DNA of 64,000 nucleotides from Dehalococcoidia bacterium (GTDB lineage: Bacteria; Chloroflexota; Dehalococcoidia; Bin125): the NCBI GenBank assembly GCA_965208665.1, contig CBDBPH010000002.1:1163040-1227039 (forward strand), written 5' to 3'. The position numbers were made by a program, and so were the translations under genes. Positions 43,145 to 51,403 of the stretch are shown here, in pieces (position 1 is the stretch's first letter; each line of letters begins with the position of its first letter). The notes under the pieces were generated by a model. That model ran no database searches, was not told where the DNA came from, and saw nothing but the letters and a program-made list of their open reading frames with translations.

Positions 43145-46100
43145 CTAGTCGTTGGGCCTGGCCGCGCGCGTATGCGACCACTCCGCCTCGCCAGCCTGGT
43201 TCATGGCCCAGCCGTTGGCGGTCTTGGCGCGGACTTGCACCTCGTAGCGCGTGCCCGCGGTGAGATCCTCGATCTCGTAACTCCTGGGATTCCAGCACAT
43301 GTTGTGGGAGCACATGCGGCGCGTCGATCGGGGGAAGAGCTCGTCGCTCGTGGTCCAGGCGGTGGTTCCCGACTCCCGGTGACGTACCTCGTAGGCGTAC
43401 GCCGGCGAGGCGCTGTCGGGCTCCTCCCACTCGACGATCAGCGACTCGCTCTCCCCGGGCGTCACCGTGACATGCACCGGGATGGCCGTGTCGGTCTGAT
43501 CGGCCGCCAGGGTGACGGTGACGATCTCCGAGGTGAAGCCCAGTATGGGCGTGTCGGTGGTCATCGGGTCGTCGTCGTCGCCGTCGGCGCGGCCCTGGAC
43601 GCGGACCTGCCAGGTGCCGTTTGTCAGCCCGGTAAAGGTATGCGAGCTGTCGGTCGCCGCCTTCTGGACACCGCTCGTCGGCCAGGCGGCCCAGGTCTTG
43701 TCCGCGTTCTGCTTGCGGTGCTCGACAAACCAGGCGTCAAGGCTGCCGACGATACCCGAAGTGCTGGCGCCATGCCAGGCGACCACCAGCTTGCCGTTCC
43801 CGCCGGACGCGGCCACCTGGGGCGCCCCCGGCCCGGCGGTATCGCCTTCATAGTCCGACGACTGCACCACCGCGCCATCAAGCGTGTACGACGCCCTGAT
43901 TGAGACCTCGCCTTCAGCTTCCGGGGAGACCAGGCTGCCGGGCGGGCAATTGATTTCACCGGATTCGCCGTCGTCTTCGTAATTGCAGACCGTGTTCTGG
44001 TCGATGTTCTTGTTGGTCTGGGCTTCGATCCACACGCGGCCAAGCAGACCCGACGGGCCGGTGCCGAACCAGATCTGGGTCGGCTCGAACCAGGTCCTGA
44101 CGGCCGGCGTCCAGACCGACCAGGCGGTGGTGGCGGTCGAGGCGGGTTGGCTGCTCAGGTGAGTTTTGGCGCCGACGCGCGCCGACCAGTAGAAGTCGCG
44201 AGTCAGGTTGGTGAGGCGGTGGAATGTCTCAGAAGCGTCTGGGGTCTCGGTACTCTTGAAGCCGGCGCATTCCGTCGCGACCCTGGCGTTGGGACATGGC
44301 TGGTACTCCACGACAAGATTGACCAACGTCCGTCCCGTCGGCGCAGTGTAGGCATTCCACAAGACGACCATGTTGCCGTGATTGTTGGCCAGCGTGCGCA
44401 CGCCCGTGGGGCTGTTCGCGTCGGCGGTCGCCGAGGGATCCTGGGCGTTGAGCGTGATGCTCTGGGTGCTGGTCGTGTACTCGCTGTCGGAGGCGTCGTA
44501 CGCGCGGATGCGGAAGTCGTAGCTGACGTAGGGCTCCAGCAGGTCGTAGGCGATGAAATCAGGCTGGCCGGCGTCGGACTGCGTGCTGATAAGCGACCAG
44601 GGGAATCGGCCGTAGCTGTACCAGTAGTCGTCCACGGAGCGTTTGAACTCGAAGCTGAACATCTGGCGAGTCACACAGCCGGTGCCGTTGACGCTGGTGA
44701 TCTTGCCGCTCACGGCGTTGAAGGCGTACGGCTTGACCGCCAGCGAAATGCAGGCGTCCGGCACGTTGTTCGCTTCCATCGTCACGAGGTCTTCGGATGC
44801 GCCGTCGGCGTACTCGACCCGGACGGCGAAGGTGTAATCGCCCGGTGTGAGGCCGCGCATGGTGTGCGAGCGGGCTTCGGGGTCGGGAATGGTGGCATCG
44901 AGGCTGAGGCCCGCCGCCTCGTTGGCGGCGCTGACGACGAAGCCGGTCACCTCGCAGGCGTCGGACATGTCGCTGGGCAGGGTCCAGGAGACGACCGCTC
45001 CCTGGCCGATGGTCAGGGCCGAGACGGAGGACGGCGCGACCGGGTCGCAGGCGTGCGCCTGTTGCCAGTCGACCTGGTGAGCGCTGTCATGCGTCAGGCC
45101 CTGGTGCACGAGCAAGGCGGCGCTGCCCGACCCGGCGGCCGCAATCGTCCCGCCGTTGAGCTTGAGGGTGTTGGCCAGCACGGCGACGCCGCCGGTGGAG
45201 AGGTTGGGTTCAACGACGGTGTGGGCGAAGGTCAGCGCATTGGAACCGGAGCCGGCCTGGTAGGCAGCCCACCTGGTTCCCCAGTCGGCCGGGTCCATGT
45301 CGATGGCGATCTGCGGCGTCCCACTGACCGTCACGGGTTCGCTGAACGCGACCGACACCTCGATCACGTCGCCTTTGGTATAGGTGTCGTCGTCGCCCGG
45401 GTCGGAGGTGATCGCGACGGCGAGCACGGTCGGCGCGGAGGCCTGCCAGTTGACCTTGTGGTTGGCGTCGTGGGCGAGTCCGGCGTGCGCGCGCTGCACA
45501 TCGGTGGTGGAGGAGACCGAGCGGATCGTGCCGCCGTTGAGCTTGAGGCTGTTGGCGAGCACGGCGACGCCCCTGGTCGAGATGTTGGGTGCGACAACGG
45601 TGTGGGCGAAGGTCAGCGCGGTGGAACCGCTGCCGGCGGAGTACCAGGCGCGCTTGACGCCGTAGCTGGGGTCCATCTTAATGTCCACCCTCGGCGTCCC
45701 GCTGACGTTGACCGCCTCGCTGAAGGTCAGCGTCACCTGGATCGCGTCGCCCTTGCGATAATTGTCGTCGTCGCCCGGATCGGAGGTGATGGCGACGCCG
45801 GTCACGGTGGGGGCGGTTGCCTGCCAGTTGACCCTGTGATTGGGGTCATGGGGGAGTCCGGCGTGTGAGAGCGCGGCGGCCGCTCCGGCGGAGGCAGAGG
45901 TGATCGAGCCGCCGTTGAGCGTCAACGAATCGGCGAGCACGGCGACGCCCTGGGTGGAGATGTTGGGTTCGACGACCTGGTGCGCGAAGGTCAGCTGGGT
46001 CGATCCGCTGCCGCTCGAGTAGGCGGCCGGCTTGGTTCCCCAGTCGGCCGGATCCATGTCGATCGAGACTTGCGGCGTGCCGGAGACGTTGACGGCTTCG

Positions 46101-46324
46101 CTGAAGGTGAGGGTGACGCGGACGTGGTGTCCAAGGGCATAGGTCTGGTCGGGTCCGGCTTTGGAGCTGATGGCGACTGAGGTGACGGTCGGCGCGGTCT
46201 GACCTTGCACGGCCGAACTGCCGACCAGTAGGGCGAGGAAGACGAGTAAGACGAAGCCCGTGTGCGCGAGGGCCGTCCGGCCCGCGAGCCCATACGCTCG
46301 ATAAAGCTTGAGATCAACGCGCAC
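43145..46324 (-). CDS. large secreted/cell-surface protein: signal anchor, 3 tandem ~127-aa Ig-like repeats, then several FN3-like beta-sandwich modules
   Basis: 1059-aa ORF. N-terminal hydrophobic signal FVLLVFLALLVGSSAVQG. Three repeats starting APTV(T/L). The C-terminal segments show FN3-like W...Y.V.V.A patterns (for example YEVRHRE...TRYEVQVRA). Confidence 0.8.
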   Translation of the reverse strand: MRVDLKLYRAYGLAGRTALAHTGFVLLVFLALLVGSSAVQGQTAPTVTSVAISSKAGPDQTYALGHHVRVTLTFSEAVNVSGTPQVSIDMDPADWGTKPAAYSSGSGSTQLTFAHQVVEPNISTQGVAVLADSLTLNGGSITSASAGAAAALSHAGLPHDPNHRVNWQATAPTVTGVAITSDPGDDDNYRKGDAIQVTLTFSEAVNVSGTPRVDIKMDPSYGVKRAWYSAGSGSTALTFAHTVVAPNISTRGVAVLANSLKLNGGTIRSVSSTTDVQRAHAGLAHDANHKVNWQASAPTVLAVAITSDPGDDDTYTKGDVIEVSVAFSEPVTVSGTPQIAIDMDPADWGTRWAAYQAGSGSNALTFAHTVVEPNLSTGGVAVLANTLKLNGGTIAAAGSGSAALLVHQGLTHDSAHQVDWQQAHACDPVAPSSVSALTIGQGAVVSWTLPSDMSDACEVTGFVVSAANEAAGLSLDATIPDPEARSHTMRGLTPGDYTFAVRVEYADGASEDLVTMEANNVPDACISLAVKPYAFNAVSGKITSVNGTGCVTRQMFSFEFKRSVDDYWYSYGRFPWSLISTQSDAGQPDFIAYDLLEPYVSYDFRIRAYDASDSEYTTSTQSITLNAQDPSATADANSPTGVRTLANNHGNMVVLWNAYTAPTGRTLVNLVVEYQPCPNARVATECAGFKSTETPDASETFHRLTNLTRDFYWSARVGAKTHLSSQPASTATTAWSVWTPAVRTWFEPTQIWFGTGPSGLLGRVWIEAQTNKNIDQNTVCNYEDDGESGEINCPPGSLVSPEAEGEVSIRASYTLDGAVVQSSDYEGDTAGPGAPQVAASGGNGKLVVAWHGASTSGIVGSLDAWFVEHRKQNADKTWAAWPTSGVQKAATDSSHTFTGLTNGTWQVRVQGRADGDDDDPMTTDTPILGFTSEIVTVTLAADQTDTAIPVHVTVTPGESESLIVEWEEPDSASPAYAYEVRHRESGTTAWTTSDELFPRSTRRMCSHNMCWNPRSYEIEDLTAGTRYEVQVRAKTANGWAMNQAGEAEWSHTRAARPND
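45056..46195 (-). repeat. three in-frame tandem coding repeats (~381 bp each) inside the 1059-aa gene
   Basis: Residues 44-170, 171-296 and 297-423 align end to end (TFSE.V.VSGTP, SGSGS..LTFAH.VV.PN.ST.GVAVLA, LNGG.I, H.V.WQ). Confidence 0.85.
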
Positions 46325-46600
46325 GTGTACCTCGTCTCCCCGCGGATCGGATGTTCATGACCCAGGACTGTATCGAATGATCTGGATTGTTTCCTCACTA
46401 TTGGAACACCGTTAACGACAATTTTGTGAAGTTGTGTGTCATTTGGATTTCCTTGAGTTCACATCGACACGCCGGACACGCATACGTCAGCGAAGCGACG
46501 GCGAAGAACCGCAGCACGTCTTCACGCAGCCCCGAGCCGGATATCGGATGCCGAAGAGGGAGACGATGAGGAAAGACGAATCGCCAGCGGCGCAGGGAGA

Positions 46601-47758
46601 TTAGCGCAACGGTCGGAAAAACTCGCGGATGTCCCCGACCAGCAGCTCCGGCTCCTCCATCGCGGCGAAGTGTCCACCGCGATCATGCACCGACCACTGC
46701 TGCACGTTGTACTCCGCCTCGACCCAGTGCCGCGGCGGCCCGAAGATTTCCTTTGGGAAGACCGAGAATCCGGCCGGCGTCTCCAGCCGACCCGGCAGAG
46801 AGTTCGCCTGATCGTGCTGTCGGCGTTCGTAGTAGTAGCGCGTGGCCGAGTTCATCGTCCTGGTAAACCAGTAAATCGAGATGTTGGTCAGGATCTCGTC
46901 CTTGCTGAATCGCGTCTCAATGTCGCCGTCGCAGTCCGACCACGACCGCCACTTCTCCACAACCCAGGCCGCCAAACCCGCCGGAGAATCCGTCAATCCA
47001 TACGACAACGTCTGCGGCCGAGTCCCCTGGATCCACTGGTAGGCCGCCTCCTGCGACAGCCACTCCCGCATCCGAGCGACAAACGCACGCTCCTCGTCGC
47101 TCCACGCCTCCTCGGGATGGTCCGCCGGCGCCGGACTGTTCGGCATGTTGATCTGCGCGCCAATGCAATGCTCCGAGTCTTCATACGCGGTCAGCGCCGA
47201 GACCCGCGCGCCAATGTCGCCGCCCTGCGCTCCATAACGCTCAAAGCCAAGCTCCGACATCAACGCCACCCACATCCGAGCCGCCCGCATATGCCCGAAC
47301 CCGCCACTGCTGGGTATCTCCGAAAAGCCGTATCCGGGCAGCGACGGAGCGACAACCGTAAACGCATCAGCCGGATCGCCACCATGCGCACCGGGATCGG
47401 TGAGCGGCCCCAGGATCTTCGAAACCTCAACGAACGATCCCGGCCAGCCATGAGTGAAGACGAGCGGCAGCGGATCCGGCCCAACGCCCTCCTGCAGCAC
47501 GAAATGAACGCTGTAATCCTCGACCCCGTCCGCCGACACCTGCGTCGTGAACTGAGGCATCCGGTTCAGTCGAGCCTGCTGGGCCGCCCAGTCAAACTCC
47601 GTCCGCCAGTACTCGCAAAGCTCCTGGATGTAACCCAGGTTCGACCCGTACTGCCAACCTGAGTCCGCCACCTCCGACGGCCACCGAGTCTGCGCCAGCC
47701 GACGCCTCAGGTCCCTGACCTCTGCGTCCGGAATGTCAATCGTGTACGGCTCAGGCAT
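46601..47758 (-). CDS. epoxide hydrolase, paralogue 3
   Basis: Has MPEPYTIDIPDAEVRDLRRRLAQTRWPSEV, HGWPG and GGDIGA. Same length (385 aa) as paralogue 2. Confidence 0.9.
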   Translation of the reverse strand: MPEPYTIDIPDAEVRDLRRRLAQTRWPSEVADSGWQYGSNLGYIQELCEYWRTEFDWAAQQARLNRMPQFTTQVSADGVEDYSVHFVLQEGVGPDPLPLVFTHGWPGSFVEVSKILGPLTDPGAHGGDPADAFTVVAPSLPGYGFSEIPSSGGFGHMRAARMWVALMSELGFERYGAQGGDIGARVSALTAYEDSEHCIGAQINMPNSPAPADHPEEAWSDEERAFVARMREWLSQEAAYQWIQGTRPQTLSYGLTDSPAGLAAWVVEKWRSWSDCDGDIETRFSKDEILTNISIYWFTRTMNSATRYYYERRQHDQANSLPGRLETPAGFSVFPKEIFGPPRHWVEAEYNVQQWSVHDRGGHFAAMEEPELLVGDIREFFRPLR

Positions 47759-47809
47759 AACAATCCCTCCGCCAGCCGGCCTGCGCGCCCAGACTAGAGG
47801 GACGGAACC

Positions 47810-48052
47810 CTAGCTCTCGACCACGTCTCCGGCGACCGGGTCGATGCGCACGCCCTTGGCCTCGACCCAGGCGAGCGCGCGGTCGATCTCATCGTGGTCG
47901 CCATCGAGCTCCAAAACCACCCAGCCGAAGTCATGCTCGACATCGGCCATCCGGATATTGGTCACCACGTCAAACTCATGCCCGACGAGATAGATCACCG
48001 GTTCCTTGACCGCGTCGCCCTCGAACGTGAAGCGGACTCGTCGGGTCGCCAT
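47810..48052 (-). CDS. NIL-domain (ferredoxin-fold) small protein
   Basis: 80 aa. Has VRFTFEGDAVKEPVIY.....F.V..NI..A........G..VLEL.G......AL......GV, as in the NIL domain of MetN-type proteins. Lies 2 nt downstream of the thrC-like gene. Confidence 0.7.
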   Translation of the reverse strand: MATRRVRFTFEGDAVKEPVIYLVGHEFDVVTNIRMADVEHDFGWVVLELDGDHDEIDRALAWVEAKGVRIDPVAGDVVES

Positions 48053-48054
48053 CG

Positions 48055-49305
48055 CTAACCTCCCACGCCAACGGCCTGCGGTGCCTCGGCAAAGGCGTCC
48101 TCGAACGATTGCAGCGTACCTTCGACCGGAATCGGCTGCGTCACGTGCTCAACGACCGCGTCCGCCGTCTTCAGCCCGCCGCCGGTGATGAACGCCACCG
48201 TCGTCTCGTCCGGGTCCACCTGCCCGGTCTCGATCGCCTGGCGCAACCCGGCGATCGTCACCCCGCCGGCAGTCTCGGCGAAGACGCCTTCGCACTCGGC
48301 CAGCATTCGAATCCCTTCGACGACCTCCGGATCCGTCACCGCCGTCGAGCCGCCGTCAGTGCGCTTCATCGTCTTCAGCGCGTAGTAGCCGTCGGCCGGA
48401 TTGCCGATCGCCAGCGACTTGGCAATCGTGTTCGGCTTGACCGGTCGGATGTTGGTCGTCTCGTTGCGCCACGCCGTCGTAATCGGCGAGCAGCCCTCGG
48501 CCTGCGCCCCGATCATCCGCACCGGCGTCTCCTCGATCAGTCCATACTGCTGGAACTCCTGGAACCCCTTATGGATCTTTGTGAACAGCGACCCCGACGC
48601 CATCGGCGCAATCACCTGCCGCGGTGCGCGCCAGCCAAGCTGCTCCGCCACCTCATACGCCAGCGTGCGCGAACCTTCGGCGTAGTACGGACGCACATTA
48701 ATGTTGACGAACGCCCACTGTCGGTTGTCGGCCAGCTCCGAGCAGAGCCGGTTCACATCGTCATAGGAGCCATTGACCGACACGATCGTCGGGTTGTAGA
48801 CAGCCGATCCCAGCACCTTCCCCGCTTCCAGATCGTGCGGGATGAAGACAATCGCCTCCATCCCCGCTCTGGCCGCATGGGCCGAGACCGAGTTGGCCAG
48901 GTTGCCGGTCGAGGCACAGGCCAGTGTCTTGAAGCCCATCTGCTTGGCACGCGAAGAGGCCACCGCCACCACGCGGTCCTTGAACGACCAGGACGGATTA
49001 CAGGTGTCGTTCTTGATCCATAGCTCCCGCATACCAAGCCGGTCGGCGAGTCGATCTGCCTTGAGCAGCGGAGTCCAGCCGACGTTCAGGTCGACGATGA
49101 AGTCCTCGTCCACCGGCAACAGGTCGATGTAGCGCCAGATTGAGCGCGGTCCAGACTCGATTCGCTCTCGCGAGATCTTCGACTGAATCCCGTCGTGGTC
49201 GTAGGCGACCTCCAGCGGCCCGAAGCAGAAGTCACAGACGTGGAGAGCTTCGAGCGGGAACTCGCGGTCACACTCACGACAGTCGAGGCAGGTGGCATAT
49301 GTCAT
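48055..49305 (-). CDS. threonine synthase-family PLP enzyme (long form with N-terminal Cys-rich ribbon)
   Basis: Has CLDCRECD...CDFCFG, then the NPSWSFKDR PLP-lysine block and STGNLA. Confidence 0.85.
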   Translation of the reverse strand: MTYATCLDCRECDREFPLEALHVCDFCFGPLEVAYDHDGIQSKISRERIESGPRSIWRYIDLLPVDEDFIVDLNVGWTPLLKADRLADRLGMRELWIKNDTCNPSWSFKDRVVAVASSRAKQMGFKTLACASTGNLANSVSAHAARAGMEAIVFIPHDLEAGKVLGSAVYNPTIVSVNGSYDDVNRLCSELADNRQWAFVNINVRPYYAEGSRTLAYEVAEQLGWRAPRQVIAPMASGSLFTKIHKGFQEFQQYGLIEETPVRMIGAQAEGCSPITTAWRNETTNIRPVKPNTIAKSLAIGNPADGYYALKTMKRTDGGSTAVTDPEVVEGIRMLAECEGVFAETAGGVTIAGLRQAIETGQVDPDETTVAFITGGGLKTADAVVEHVTQPIPVEGTLQSFEDAFAEAPQAVGVGG

Positions 49306-49491
49306 GGTCGGTTGGGGCTTTCGCTAGCAGGGGACAGGCGGCGGAGCGGGAACGTGTCGGTCCTTACCCGCCGCGCCTGTTCCAGGAGGCGCTAGCGAGG
49401 CAGGACCACGGGCATCGCCATGCGGCCCAGCATCATCACGTCAGCAGTCACACGCGTCGTCATCAACGAAATCCTACAACAGGCCGACCGC

Positions 49492-50127
49492 TCAGTCCCA
49501 GACCCGCGACATATCGATTACAAGCCCGCTACAAACGTCCCCTCCCGACAGCTCCGCTGGATCGTCCAACTCGTCCACATCGCCGTTCGCCCGATAGATC
49601 CAGACCTTCCGCTCAAAGGGATCGATCAGCCACCCGAGCCGCACACCGCCCTCGATCCACTCCACCATCTTCTCCTGTTGCTGCCGAATCGATTGACCCG
49701 GCGACCGAACCTCAACAACAAGATCGCCGACGATATCGAACTTCTGTCTCCACGGTCTTGGTGCAGTCGGCTTCTGTTTCGGTGACACCCACGAACAATC
49801 AGGTCGCTTGCGGAAGCCACTTGGTAGGTCATATGCGGCAGCGCTTTCGAGTACCATGCCGCCCCCGCCGGCGCGAACCCACAGTTCAATCTGAAACACC
49901 AACTGTGCTGCTACGAACGAACCTTCGTTGGAGACTATGGCGACTCGCAACTCCCTGTTCGGGGTCAGTTCAATCCGGACGTGGCGATTCTCCTGGCGCA
50001 GCCACTCCCACCACTCCTCAGTGAGCTCGAAGTCCTCCGGCAAGGGGATGCGCAACTGACCGTCGATCTCGTCAGGGATCGCCGGCGACCAGCCGTAGAC
50101 GGCTGTCGCTTCGCTGACTTCGGTCAT
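49492..50127 (-). CDS. Uma2 family (DUF820) putative restriction-endonuclease-fold protein
   Basis: Has ELT.N.EL.V....EG and DLVVEVRSPGQS......KM.EW...GVRLGWLIDP, the PD-(D/E)xK-like core typical of Uma2. Start at ATG 50127 (verified). The upstream track extension is Arg/Gly junk. Confidence 0.8.
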   Translation of the reverse strand: MTEVSEATAVYGWSPAIPDEIDGQLRIPLPEDFELTEEWWEWLRQENRHVRIELTPNRELRVAIVSNEGSFVAAQLVFQIELWVRAGGGGMVLESAAAYDLPSGFRKRPDCSWVSPKQKPTAPRPWRQKFDIVGDLVVEVRSPGQSIRQQQEKMVEWIEGGVRLGWLIDPFERKVWIYRANGDVDELDDPAELSGGDVCSGLVIDMSRVWD

Positions 50128-50144
50128 GACGACTCCAGCCGGAC

Positions 50145-50801
50145 TCAGCCGTAGCGCTCCTCGAGCCACGGATCGCCGTGCATGTGGTAACCGTACATTT
50201 CCCAGAATCCCGGCGCGTCCCGATTCATGAACTCCAGACCGCCCACCCACTTCGCCGACTTCCAGAAATACAGCGAGGGAATCACCGCCCGAACCGGCCC
50301 GCCGTGCATTGCGTCCAACGGACGCCCGTCGTGCGCGATCGCCAGCATCGCATGATCGTCCGCGCGGATATCGGCCATCGGCACGTTCGACGTGTATCCG
50401 CCGTAGCAGTGGAACATGATGTGTGTCGCCGAATCTTTGACACCCAATGCCTCGAACAGGTCCGAGAGCAGAACACCGTCCCAGGTGTTGTCGTAGCGCG
50501 ACCAGTGCGTCACGCAATGAATGTCGTTCTTCTTCTCCGAGACGCCGATCTCGGCGAACTGCTCGTACGACAGAATCCGCTCCCGCTCGACCTCACCCCA
50601 CACCTGCAGATTCCAGTCCTTCGTCTCGACCACTGGCGTGCCGCCGTACGTCAACACCGGCCACTCGCGGATCAGACGCTGGCCCGGTGGCAGCCGATCG
50701 TGCCCCGTCTCCTTGCGCCGACGCTGAAGCTCCGAAAACGGCACGCCGGCCAGAATCTCGCTCACAAGCCTGCTCCCCCAGATCTCCATCGTGCGGCGCA
50801 C
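50145..50801 (-). CDS. small sulfite-oxidase-like molybdopterin oxidoreductase
   Basis: Has LPPGQ...WPVL..G, W.L.V.G.V and IHCVTHWS (the Mo-ligand Cys block), and is about 200 aa long. Confidence 0.8.
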   Translation of the reverse strand: MRRTMEIWGSRLVSEILAGVPFSELQRRRKETGHDRLPPGQRLIREWPVLTYGGTPVVETKDWNLQVWGEVERERILSYEQFAEIGVSEKKNDIHCVTHWSRYDNTWDGVLLSDLFEALGVKDSATHIMFHCYGGYTSNVPMADIRADDHAMLAIAHDGRPLDAMHGGPVRAVIPSLYFWKSAKWVGGLEFMNRDAPGFWEMYGYHMHGDPWLEERYG

Positions 50802-50851
50802 GACCCGTCCAGATTATCCGAATCCCTGGAGCGCGAGTGTAATCTCGACGT

Positions 50852-51403
50852 ATGGCCGACTTTCAGCCGGTGGCGCAAGACGAACCAACGCTCGAACCTG
50901 TGCCCGAGCCACCCCGTCCCGAGCCACCCAGGCGCCGCCGCTCACATCGCCGCTTCATGCTGTTGGCCGCCCTCGTCGTCATCTTCGACCAGATCACCAA
51001 GGTCATCCTGCGCGAGACACTGGAACTCGGCGACCGCGAGTGGCTGGCCGAGTTCTTCGCCTTCTCCCACATCGCCAACGACGGCGGCGCATTCGGCGTG
51101 TTCGGAGGACAGAACACCGTGCTTGCCGTCTCGGCCGTCGTCGCGATCGGCGTGGTCGCGATCTACTACTTCTTCCCACCGATGGACCACTGGCTCATTC
51201 GCAGTGGCCTCGCCCTGATCCTCGGCGGCGCCATCGGCAACCTGCTCGACCGTATCTACCAGGGACACGTCACCGACTTCATCGACTTCATCCACTTCCC
51301 AGCCTTCAACGTCGCCGATGCGGCGATCAACGTCGGCGTCGCCGCCATCGTCATAGCGTTGCTGTTCAGCGACTTCCTCAAACGCAACCCTCGTTCGCCA
51401 TGA
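50852..51403 (+). CDS. lspA: lipoprotein signal peptidase (signal peptidase II)
   Basis: Has DQITK, NDGGAFG, GGAIGNLLDR and FNVADAAI. Confidence 0.9.
   Translation: MADFQPVAQDEPTLEPVPEPPRPEPPRRRRSHRRFMLLAALVVIFDQITKVILRETLELGDREWLAEFFAFSHIANDGGAFGVFGGQNTVLAVSAVVAIGVVAIYYFFPPMDHWLIRSGLALILGGAIGNLLDRIYQGHVTDFIDFIHFPAFNVADAAINVGVAAIVIALLFSDFLKRNPRSP

Noticed and set aside
50791-51399. Upstream 203 codons of the track ORF 50791-52446 (would make a 551-aa RluD)
   Set aside because: This part overlaps lspA in another frame and is Arg/Pro/His-rich junk. Recognisable RluD sequence begins at the ATG at 51400, which overlaps the lspA stop.
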